DNA of 64,000 nt from a virus. The DNA is taken from positions 1 through 64,000 of IMG/VR virus record IMGVR_UViG_3300037487_001316. The stretch is one strand, 5' to 3'. Shown here one piece after another: positions 10,886 through 18,416 of the stretch (position 1 is the stretch's first letter; every line of letters begins with the position of its first letter). The translations under genes and the position numbers were made by a program. Below the pieces are notes generated by a model. It ran no database searches. It was not told the origin of the DNA and saw nothing but the letters and a program-made list of their open reading frames with translations.

Positions 10886-12096
10886 CAATATTATCTTTAA
10901 CAAAACACAAGAGATTGGGGCATTATAGGGCGGGCAGCAAAATATTTTTTAATAAAATTGATGCAGTATATTATGCCACTGAACAACTGAAGGAAGGGAA
11001 CGATCATTCCGTCTACTGGGAATTTAATAAGGATATCTTTTCTAAATTTGACTGGAAAGATCCGATTAAACAATCGTTGTCCGAGTTATATTACTGCCGA
11101 GCAAAACAATTACGTGACAAATATGATTATTTGTCCCTATTTTATAGTGGCGGCGTAGATAGTACGAATATACTTCGTGCATTTGTTGATAATGGTATTT
11201 TTTTAGATGAAATTGTAATGTATAGGCCCGTGGTTTTAGAACCTTCATTTAATAAGGAAAGCACAAAGACAGATAATGTTTATTCAGAAATTAAGTTTGC
11301 TGCGATACCGTATGCTGAAAAATATGCTGATAAGAGAACAAGTATTAGGGTATTAGATATGTGTGACCCGGTTGAAAAATTTCTAACTAACGAGGAATTA
11401 ATAAAGCAATATTGGGGAATTAATAAATGGTTCTCACCAAATTCTATAGCAAAGACAGCAATAGGTATTTTTGATCCTCACTGGTATTCTTTATATGAAT
11501 CTGGAAAAACAGTGGGACATATTCATGGTGCAGAAAAACCTAATATGGAAATAACGGATAATGACGAATATTATTTTCACTTCTATGATTGGCTCTCTCA
11601 TGTGGTTTCCCCGTCATTTGATACAGATAGATCATTAATAATAGAAAATCATCAATTTATTGAACCATTTTATTGGACACCGGATGTGCCCGAATTAGTT
11701 ATCAAGCAGTGTCAAACAATTAAAGAAGCGTGCCAAGATCCGGCAGTTAAACAGGTATTTAAAACACACCAAAAGTTAGATGCCGGTGCCAATCGCCGCA
11801 AATTTACAAATTCGGCCCTATATTCGCCAGATATATTAGCAGTAAGAGAAATGTTCAATGCTGAAAAGCACGGTCTCGGGTTACATGCACCACAAATGGA
11901 CTGGTTCTATAAGTACATGTCTAAACCAGTTCTTGATAGATTTTGGGGTATTGTCACTGACATACGAAGAGAGGTTGACGGAAGATTTTTCATGACAACC
12001 CTGCCATCGGGGCCCGTATTAGTAATGAACACGGGCGACGCCCCGACAAAAAAATGGATGTTTCGACATGCTACGTCAGACCCTTATTTTCTGTAG
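10882..12096 (+). CDS. PP-loop protein (long type), paralog of 6383..7555
   Basis: RAKQLRDKYDYLSLFYSGGVDSTN; HGAEKP; FYWTPDVP. Confidence 0.7.
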   Translation: MTILSLTKHKRLGHYRAGSKIFFNKIDAVYYATEQLKEGNDHSVYWEFNKDIFSKFDWKDPIKQSLSELYYCRAKQLRDKYDYLSLFYSGGVDSTNILRAFVDNGIFLDEIVMYRPVVLEPSFNKESTKTDNVYSEIKFAAIPYAEKYADKRTSIRVLDMCDPVEKFLTNEELIKQYWGINKWFSPNSIAKTAIGIFDPHWYSLYESGKTVGHIHGAEKPNMEITDNDEYYFHFYDWLSHVVSPSFDTDRSLIIENHQFIEPFYWTPDVPELVIKQCQTIKEACQDPAVKQVFKTHQKLDAGANRRKFTNSALYSPDILAVREMFNAEKHGLGLHAPQMDWFYKYMSKPVLDRFWGIVTDIRREVDGRFFMTTLPSGPVLVMNTGDAPTKKWMFRHATSDPYFL

Positions 12097-12161
12097 GTGA
12101 ATTTGGAAAATAAAATATCGATCAAGATAAATATTATTATAATTTAACATATGGGAATATT

Positions 12162-12566
12162 ATGGGTGTTGTGGCAATATTGTTAAAAAATAAAAGTTTG
12201 GTTATGATGGGTATTCTGTTATTAGCACTCGCCGGATCAAGTATCAGAATTAAGATACTGAAAAGTGATGTGGCAACTGTAACAGCAAAAGCCGAGGTAT
12301 TAGCTGGGGAATTGGAAGTTTCTCAAGCATCGGTAAGGAGTCTGCAACAGGCTATAAAAGATCAGAATTCGGCAATTGATAAATTGAAGGAGGATAGCGA
12401 CAAGCGTTTCGCCAAGCATCAAGCAGAAGTGAACAAGGCAAAGGCTGTTGCTGCATCCTATAAGAAACAAGCAGAACAAATAATGATTAGCAAAGTTCCA
12501 CCCGACCAGTCTAATTGTGACGCAGCAAATAATCTCTTTAATGGAGAACTGCAAAATGCAAAATAA
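12162..12566 (+). CDS. i-spanin (Rz-like)
   Basis: N-terminal TM segment then coiled coil with C-terminal Cys; overlaps a lipoprotein gene. Confidence 0.65.
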   Translation: MGVVAILLKNKSLVMMGILLLALAGSSIRIKILKSDVATVTAKAEVLAGELEVSQASVRSLQQAIKDQNSAIDKLKEDSDKRFAKHQAEVNKAKAVAASYKKQAEQIMISKVPPDQSNCDAANNLFNGELQNAK

Positions 12567-12825
12567 TATCATAATAGTTTCGGTTATTTTGTTAGCAGGC
12601 TGTGCTACTACCGAGCCAGTTATTAATACTGTTATACAACGTGTAGAAGTTCCGATTGCCGTACCATGTAAAGCAGTAGTTCCTGTGAAACCAGATTTTA
12701 ATTTTGATAAATTAAAAGCAGAACAGACGGTATTTGATAAGACAAAAGCATTGTTGGCAGATAGAAAATTACACTTAGGTTATGAAGGCGAATTATTAGC
12801 CGCATTAACTTCTTGTATAAAGTAA
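12556..12825 (+). CDS. o-spanin lipoprotein (Rz1-like)
   Basis: Lipobox LAGC, Pro-rich VEVPIAVPC segment. Confidence 0.7.
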   Translation: MQNNIIIVSVILLAGCATTEPVINTVIQRVEVPIAVPCKAVVPVKPDFNFDKLKAEQTVFDKTKALLADRKLHLGYEGELLAALTSCIK

Positions 12826-12837
12826 CTAAATATAAGA

Positions 12838-12949
12838 GTTACCGTATAGAATATATCATAAATTAGCTACCATAAAGAAATGGATGAACGGTCCCAGGCA
12901 CCAAATGGTTGCCCTTTTTAATTTATGGAACTATACTCTATAGGGTAAC
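12838..12949 (+). ncRNA. long stem-closed RNA structure directly upstream of the release factor RBS
   Basis: GTTACCGTATAGAATATATCATAAATTA pairs (about 26 bp, few mismatches) with TAATTTATGG...TATACTCTATAGGGTAAC. Confidence 0.5.
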
Positions 12950-12966
12950 AACTTTTGGAGAAAGTA

Positions 12967-13638
12967 ATGAAAAGAGTAATAGAAATTCGAGCCGCAGAGG
13001 GCGGCGAAGATAGCAAGCTATTTACGATAGATTTGGCGCAGGCCTATATCCGCATGGCCACTCGTGTTGGGTGAACTAACCGCCTGATAAATGAATGCTC
13101 GGGACAGATAGAGATAGAAGTTCAGGGTGTTGATTTATCTGATTTGGATAATGAATCTGGTGGTCTGAGGCTGCAACGATGTCCCCCGACCGAGCGGAAA
13201 GGTCGGGTACACACTTCTACAGTCACGGTGGCGATTATAGATCCGTCTATTCGTATACCTGTTGTTCAAGATGAAGACTTGAAAGTAGAATGGTACTCGG
13301 GCACCGGCGCCGGTGGTCAACATAAAAATAAAAAACAGTGCTCTTGTCGAATAACTCATATCTCCACAGGTGCAATTGCTACCGCACAAACCAGAGAAAG
13401 AACCAATAGTTATAAGTTAGCAAGAGCCGATATCGAAAAGCGTATTATCGAGCAGCAGGTAGCAATAGCAAATAAACATATATCCGTTGATCGAAAACAG
13501 CAGGTCGGTTCTGGTATGCGAGGCGATAAAGTAAGGACAATACGATTCCAAGATAATAGTGTGGTTGATCATATTACTGGGAAACGGACTACGGCTGAGA
13601 AGTTCATGAAGGGCAATATGGATCTACTTTGGCCATAA
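12967..13638 (+). CDS. RF1-like class I peptide chain release factor lacking domain 1, with in-frame TGA at codon 36 (13072..13074)
   Basis: GGAG RBS then MKRVIEIRAAEGGEDSKLF..YIRMATRVG*TN..ESGGLRLQRCPPTERKGRVHTS..GAGGQHKNK..GSGMRGDKVRT; PxT and GGQ motifs; TGA aligns to the Trp of RF1 YAEARRW. Confidence 0.85.
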
Positions 13639-13676
13639 TAGTAGCAAGCCATAAAATACAGTGAATACCGCTTGAT

Positions 13677-13829
13677 TTGATAAACTATGAAATAAAAAGT
13701 TCTTATACATGGAATAGAATTGGCAAAGACTTAAATCTGGAAGAAATCAACAAGGCTAAGCTACGATTTGCTAAAAACCAGGGGTATGACGTGATTCTTG
13801 TATTAGATCACATTGAAATTATACAATAG
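13677..13829 (+). pseudogene. C-terminal remnant of a PD-(D/E)xK-type (homing) endonuclease
   Basis: YEIKSSYTW...NKAKLRFAKNQGYDVILV without an N-terminal part. Confidence 0.5.
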
Positions 13830-13904
13830 TTAATGTTTAGTGATATTACACCAGAGTATAGTATGAATTCGTTGATCTTATGTGGTAAGTATAGTATTAT
13901 AGAA

Positions 13905-14038
13905 ACATACATATTGCAGTAGCTACACTGGAACACCGAAAGACTAATGCTTTAACCACTTTAACGTTGGTACAAGAGTTACTTAGGACCGGCCAGGAAG
14001 AGTAGGGCTACCGTGGATTCGAGCGCCACAATGTGTGT
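13905..14038 (+). ncRNA. unnamed structured RNA upstream of tmRNA
   Basis: Closing stem ACATACATATTG / CAATGTGTGT; inner hairpins CAGT-ACTG and GTGG-ATTCGAGCG-CCAC. Confidence 0.45.
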
Positions 14039-14045
14039 AAAAGAA

Positions 14046-14400
14046 TTGTTGTAATCCCTTCGAAATGAAGGCAAGCAAGACGGGGATTCGAATTCCCCCA
14101 GGTCCACCATAAAGTATATTAGAAGCATAGGTCAAGCCCTGTCAAGTTGTAGTTTAGTGAAGAACGCTGGTATATTTTATAATGGGCCTGCTCTGGTAAT
14201 CGATTGCGTGAGATAGTAGAGACGGCAACACGGTAGATGACGACCGTAAATCGCATAAAAATCGTAAATGCAAACGCATATACAACTGAGTCTTTTGTAG
14301 CTCTTGACCTTTCGGCTCTTGCTGATAGCGATATGGCTATGGAAATGGCTGCCTAAGAAACACCAACTCCGAGGTAGAAAGACCTTGTAACCAAACCAAT
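14046..14400 (+). ncRNA. ssrA: circularly permuted (two-piece) tmRNA: acceptor piece about 14046..14109, intervening segment 14110..14183, coding piece from 14184
   Basis: T-arm and CAGGTCC-ACCA (ends 14109) precede the 5' strand GGGCCTG (14184); G3.U70; tag frame 14270..14356 ANAYTTESFVALDLSALADSDMAMEMAA*. Confidence 0.9.
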
Positions 14401-14401
14401 C

Positions 14402-14427
14402 AAAATAGGGATTTCGGTCCCTATTTT
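14402..14427 (+). terminator. intrinsic terminator
   Basis: AAAATAGGGAT-TTCG-GTCCCTATTTT. Confidence 0.75.
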
Positions 14428-14441
14428 AATGATTATCAAAC

Positions 14442-14470
14442 TTGACAAACCAAAAATATCATTATATACT
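14442..14470 (+). promoter_or_regulatory. sigma70-type promoter
   Basis: TTGACA-N17-TATACT upstream of porin gene. Confidence 0.65.
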
Positions 14471-14529
14471 TAAGAGGGTAGGTAAATAATTACTCGCTCA
14501 AAAGCGTACACAAAAAGGAAATATATACA

Positions 14530-15417
14530 ATGAAAAAATTAGTATTAGCGGCATTCTTAGCCGTGGCATCACTCGCAGCAACGGCTCAGGTCTCTGTTTA
14601 CGGGTTGGTTCGTGAATATGTTGACAACACTAAGGTAGGTAACACTACTGTTACTAGTATGGTTGATGACACAAGCCGTATTGGTTTCAAGGCAAACGAA
14701 GCACTCGGTAATGGTTTATCTGCTCGTGTAGTTGTTGAAACTGATTTTAGCGGCAATGATCCAGCATTAGGTGCAGACACTAAACTAGGAAATCGTCAAA
14801 GTACAGTTGGTTTAGCTTCAAAGAACGGCTCATTAGACTTAGGTCGTAAATTAAATAGTCACTTTTTAGCAATTACAAACAATGATGTATTTGATACAGA
14901 TTATGGTTCTATTGCAAGCGACATTCATAATGTTCGTACTGTCCGCAGCGGCAACGCAGTGTTCCTTAACTACAATTTAGGCCCAGCTTCGATTGCGTTT
15001 GATCGTACAGTAACTGGTGGCAATGAAGCAACTAGTTATAGCGGAACAGGTAAATTAGGTCCTGTTATTGCTACAGTAGCTCGCTTCGAACAAGGTGCAG
15101 CAAAGAGCACAGTATTAGCAGCACAAACAGCATATGCTGGTAATAAGTTATTCCTTAGCGCAAGTCAGGATGCCGATGTACTTGGTACAACACGCGGTAC
15201 CTTAGCAGGAATTGCTCTACCAGTATCGGGATTACCTTTAACTCTTAAAGGTTCGTATGGTGTAAAGACTAGCGATTTTGCTGCTAAGGTTAGCGCATAC
15301 GCAGTTGGTGCAGAATATGACTTATCTAAGCGTACTTCTGTAAATGTTGCTTTACGCAATGTTAGTGATACAGTTGATACACGCCAGTTCGGCCTAGGAC
15401 TATCACATAGTTTCTAA
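14530..15417 (+). CDS. Gram-negative general porin (Betaproteobacteria type)
   Basis: Signal peptide; VSVYG; SRIGFKANEALGNGLSA; RQSTVGL; AVGAEYDLSKRT; C-terminal GLSHSF. Confidence 0.9.
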   Translation: MKKLVLAAFLAVASLAATAQVSVYGLVREYVDNTKVGNTTVTSMVDDTSRIGFKANEALGNGLSARVVVETDFSGNDPALGADTKLGNRQSTVGLASKNGSLDLGRKLNSHFLAITNNDVFDTDYGSIASDIHNVRTVRSGNAVFLNYNLGPASIAFDRTVTGGNEATSYSGTGKLGPVIATVARFEQGAAKSTVLAAQTAYAGNKLFLSASQDADVLGTTRGTLAGIALPVSGLPLTLKGSYGVKTSDFAAKVSAYAVGAEYDLSKRTSVNVALRNVSDTVDTRQFGLGLSHSF

Positions 15418-15432
15418 ACAAAACTAAATAAT

Positions 15433-15454
15433 AAAAGGGACTTCGGTCCCTTTT
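15433..15454 (+). terminator. intrinsic terminator
   Basis: AAAAGGGAC-TTCG-GTCCCTTTT. Confidence 0.75.
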
Positions 15455-15561
15455 CTGCTGAGTACTAACCGATAAAAAGGTAAATAACTTTGCTACACAG
15501 GGTAGCACCTAACAGACTTTAACAATTGATCGCTTAGTCTGTGCGATGTATAAAGGAAAAC

Positions 15562-16446
15562 ATGAACATGTATCAAGATCGCTTCGCCGTGGCAATAAAA
15601 CATAACGGCAAAATCCTCCGTGAAAACAAAGACTTAGTCCACTTACCCTATGGTAGTGAATTCAGCGTATTAGTTAAAAACCTAAACTCAAGACGAGCAA
15701 AATTTACCTTACACATCGATGGCACAGATGTGCTCGATGGTGAAGAAATTATTGTTAAAGGTAATTCTGAAATAGAAATGAAACGTTTCATTCGCAACGG
15801 AAATATGACCGAAGGTAATGCCTTTAAGTTCATAGAAAGAACAAAATCTATTGAAGACGGCCCACGCGGTATTAAGGTTGACGATGGTGTTGTCCGTGTT
15901 GAATTTTGGTTCGAACAAGAACAAGCCGAAATTAAAGTTAAAGATATTTATTGGGAAAAACACCATTATAGAGATTATTATCCACAACCGACTTACTGGA
16001 ATACAACTGGTTTAAGTGGATCTAGTGGCGTAAGTGGATCATTGGGTGATTCACAGTATATGAATACATCGTGTGCATCAGCATTAAGAAATGTAGTAAA
16101 TCAAGTATCAGCGCAATCTGCTACGTTTAGTGCAACAAGTGCATCTGCTACTGCTGATCCGCATATGGGCTCTATATGTGCCGATAAAGGTGAAATCCCA
16201 GTGGGTGATATAGGTATTACTGTACCGGGATCTAAGGTAGAACAAAAGTTTACACCTGTATTTGGTTTTAGATCAGAACTCAATTCACATGTTATTATTC
16301 TAAGAATAGTAGGTATGATTGGGGCAGTTGAGGTAGTGGCACCAATTACTGTGAAAGCCAAGCCTAAGTGCTCTACTTGTGGAAAGATGAATAAAGCAAC
16401 ATCAGCATTTTGTTCCGGTTGTGGAACCAGTCTGACTCTGTTATAG
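15562..16446 (+). CDS. hypothetical protein with C-terminal zinc ribbon
   Basis: AAGGA RBS; CSTCGK...FCSGCG. Confidence 0.65.
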   Translation: MNMYQDRFAVAIKHNGKILRENKDLVHLPYGSEFSVLVKNLNSRRAKFTLHIDGTDVLDGEEIIVKGNSEIEMKRFIRNGNMTEGNAFKFIERTKSIEDGPRGIKVDDGVVRVEFWFEQEQAEIKVKDIYWEKHHYRDYYPQPTYWNTTGLSGSSGVSGSLGDSQYMNTSCASALRNVVNQVSAQSATFSATSASATADPHMGSICADKGEIPVGDIGITVPGSKVEQKFTPVFGFRSELNSHVIILRIVGMIGAVEVVAPITVKAKPKCSTCGKMNKATSAFCSGCGTSLTLL

Positions 16447-16466
16447 TTGCTTAACTGAGACACACA

Positions 16467-16707
16467 AATAAACATATACCAAAGTAGCATAAAGAATGCG
16501 CTGTGAAAACAGAGAGCCTGGCAAGAGCGTTACCGGTAAGGCAATCTATGTTTATTTGTATCATCAGTATTTTTATCTATCAAGTATAGAGGTGTGTTAC
16601 ATACTGAGTACGAGGACGCTTGGAAATGAGTGGCTACTTGATAGATAAAGATTGAGTATAAGAGTGTTTAAGCATATCCGGATTTGAGCCGGAAGGATTT
16701 ACTCAAT
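16467..16707 (+). ncRNA. three tandem stem-closed RNA modules (about 16467..16557, 16572..16649, 16651..16707)
   Basis: AAATAAACATA/TATGTTTATTT; perfect 15-bp TTTATCTATCAAGTA/TACTTGATAGATAAA; ATTGAGTA/TACTCAAT. Confidence 0.55.
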
Positions 16708-16708
16708 A

Positions 16709-16716
16709 TATAAATA
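16709..16716 (+). promoter_or_regulatory. T4-type late promoter
   Basis: TATAAATA upstream of the leader ORF. Confidence 0.55.
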
Positions 16717-16742
16717 CAGTTACAACTTAATAGGAGTACAAC

Positions 16743-16781
16743 ATGACAGAGCAATAGGTGTTGAATAATGGTCCGCCATAA
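16743..16781 (+). CDS. leader peptide MTEQ-(UAG)-VLNNGPP with internal amber codon
   Basis: AGGAG at 16732..16736, 6 nt before ATG; ATG ACA GAG CAA TAG GTG TTG AAT AAT GGT CCG CCA TAA. Confidence 0.55.
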
Positions 16782-16843
16782 AACTAATCAAATGTTAGTA
16801 AGTTAGAAAACAAATTTGATTACATTTTATAAGGACAATAATC

Positions 16844-17215
16844 ATGAATTTCATCATCAATAAAGAAGAGTACCTATGCACAAAGGCTGCATGGAACAAA
16901 ATTGCAAACCGTAACGCTACGGATCACATTTTTTACAACGCTCTTCGCGGACACGACCTTAAACGCGGTTTTAGTCCGGTTCAATCAGAAAACAAAATAG
17001 CAGCAGGTATAAGGCCGTGGCAATCTTTTGACGCAGCAAAGCATGACGCATGGTGGAAAATCCGCGACAATGCATCAATGTGGTCGCATGATACACCAGA
17101 ACGCAGAGCAAGACGCGAAGCGGAAGAAAAAGAACGAATCGATTCCTTAGGTAAAAAGTACGGCGCGACTTTTACACCGGAACTTATTACAACATTAAGG
17201 GAATTACTTAAATGA
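16844..17215 (+). CDS. hypothetical protein
   Basis: AAGGA RBS; coupled (ATGA) to the Pth2-like gene. Confidence 0.7.
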   Translation: MNFIINKEEYLCTKAAWNKIANRNATDHIFYNALRGHDLKRGFSPVQSENKIAAGIRPWQSFDAAKHDAWWKIRDNASMWSHDTPERRARREAEEKERIDSLGKKYGATFTPELITTLRELLK

Positions 17216-17538
17216 ACTCATATATCTATACTTTTATCCGGGAGGATATTTCTCCTACTCAAAAGATTGTGCAGCTCGGCCACGCATGCCATGAAGCAGG
17301 TAAACTATTACATCATCAAGAACACAAACACGTATCGAGTTTGATTCTTCTATCTGCCAAGGATGAGGGTGATTTATTAGATATCGCGGCAAGAATTGAT
17401 TGTGCAGGTATTCAGTTCTACATATTTCATGAGCCCGATAATGACATGGGCTATAGTGCAATCTGTACAAGACCTGTAAGTAGTGCAAAGGAACGAGCAT
17501 TCTTTCAGAAGTGGGATCTATATAGACCCGCCGATTGA
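17212..17538 (+). CDS. Pth2-like peptidyl-tRNA hydrolase domain protein
   Basis: YTFIREDIS..QKIVQLGHAC..LILLSAKDE..FHEPD...SAICTRP matches the PTH2 superfamily pattern. Confidence 0.7.
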   Translation: MNSYIYTFIREDISPTQKIVQLGHACHEAGKLLHHQEHKHVSSLILLSAKDEGDLLDIAARIDCAGIQFYIFHEPDNDMGYSAICTRPVSSAKERAFFQKWDLYRPAD

Positions 17539-17563
17539 CAATAAATAAATGTGCCCTTATAAT
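17535..17563 (+). promoter_or_regulatory. perfect sigma70 consensus promoter for the amber tRNA; -10 box flanked by an 8-bp inverted repeat
   Basis: TTGACA-N17-TATAAT; ATGTGCCC-TTATAAT-GGGCACAT. Confidence 0.75.
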
Positions 17564-17575
17564 GGGCACATACTT

Positions 17576-17650
17576 GCCTTGTTAGCTTAGTGGAAAAGTA
17601 CAGGCCTCTAAAACCGTGGGTCATCGGTTCGATTCCGATACAAGGCACCA
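17576..17650 (+). tRNA. tRNA-Sup(CTA), amber suppressor with irregular anticodon stem
   Basis: GCCTTGT/ACAAGGC-ACCA acceptor, GCTT/AAGT D arm, loop CT-CTA-AA, ATCGG-TTCGATT-CCGAT T arm. Confidence 0.8.
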
Positions 17651-17662
17651 ATTTAGGATATT

Positions 17663-17845
17663 ATGAGAACACCACAAAATTTTGCTGATGAACGTGAAAA
17701 GTTAAATAAACTTATCGATGATACAAATGCCCCTATTATGGATCGTATTTTATCTTTATGTCACCTTTATCATTGGTATCAGGGCGATGTTCATATGCAG
17801 GCAAGAACTGTAACGCGGATAGAAGATCTCATTAGGTCACTATGA
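17663..17845 (+). CDS. hypothetical protein
   Basis: AGGA RBS; ATGA overlap with next gene. Confidence 0.55.
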   Translation: MRTPQNFADEREKLNKLIDDTNAPIMDRILSLCHLYHWYQGDVHMQARTVTRIEDLIRSL

Positions 17846-18231
17846 AAATAGGATTTACAGGTACTCGTCAAGGTATGAGCCAAAATCAAAAAGAGCAATT
17901 TGTTCTTAAGTTGTTTGAACTCGGCATCACAGAATTTCATCACGGTGACTGCATCGGTGCGGATGCCGATGCACATGATATTGTTAGAGAATTCTTCCCC
18001 GAAGTAAAGATTATAATTCATCCACCCGAGAGAACATATACACGGGCATTTAAGAAAGGTGATTTTAGTTATCCTCTAAAGCCTTATATTGAAAGAGATA
18101 GAGACATTGTAGATGACAGTGAACACCTAATAGGTTCGCCATTAGATGTAGAAGTAATTCGTAGCGGAACATGGACGACCATTCGCTACGCAAGAAAGAT
18201 AGGTCGCATACATACAGTATTGGAGAGATAA
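17842..18231 (+). CDS. SLOG superfamily (DprA/YspA-like) nucleotide-binding protein
   Basis: IGFTGTR; HHGDCIGAD; RDRDIVD; SGTWTTIRYA. Confidence 0.7.
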   Translation: MKIGFTGTRQGMSQNQKEQFVLKLFELGITEFHHGDCIGADADAHDIVREFFPEVKIIIHPPERTYTRAFKKGDFSYPLKPYIERDRDIVDDSEHLIGSPLDVEVIRSGTWTTIRYARKIGRIHTVLER

Positions 18232-18416
18232 TGAATAAAGCTTGGACAGTTACAGTCGAAGAAGATGAAGATGGCAATGCCATTCTACCATTACCAAAAG
18301 AGATGATTGATGAACTTGGCTGGTTAAATGGTGATATTCTTGATATGGATATTGAGGGAGATACAGTTATTGTTAAAAATATCACCTGCGATGAACGTAA
18401 AGGTAAGGTTGTATAA
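18231..18416 (+). CDS. AbrB/MazE-like swapped-hairpin DNA-binding protein
   Basis: ILPLPKEMIDELGWLNGDILDMDIEGDTVIVK. Confidence 0.7.
   Translation: MNKAWTVTVEEDEDGNAILPLPKEMIDELGWLNGDILDMDIEGDTVIVKNITCDERKGKVV

Noticed and set aside
13072-13120. Selenocysteine insertion at the release factor UGA
   Set aside because: The aligned residue is Trp, not Cys; no convincing SECIS hairpin and no tRNA-Sec in the window
12838-16707. Hammerhead ribozymes in the stem-closed modules
   Set aside because: No CUGAnGA plus GAAA core in the right arrangement
17576-17650. tRNA-Pyl / pyrrolysine system
   Set aside because: Canonical D loop GG and TTCGA T loop, unlike tRNA-Pyl; no pylS or pylBCD recognisable
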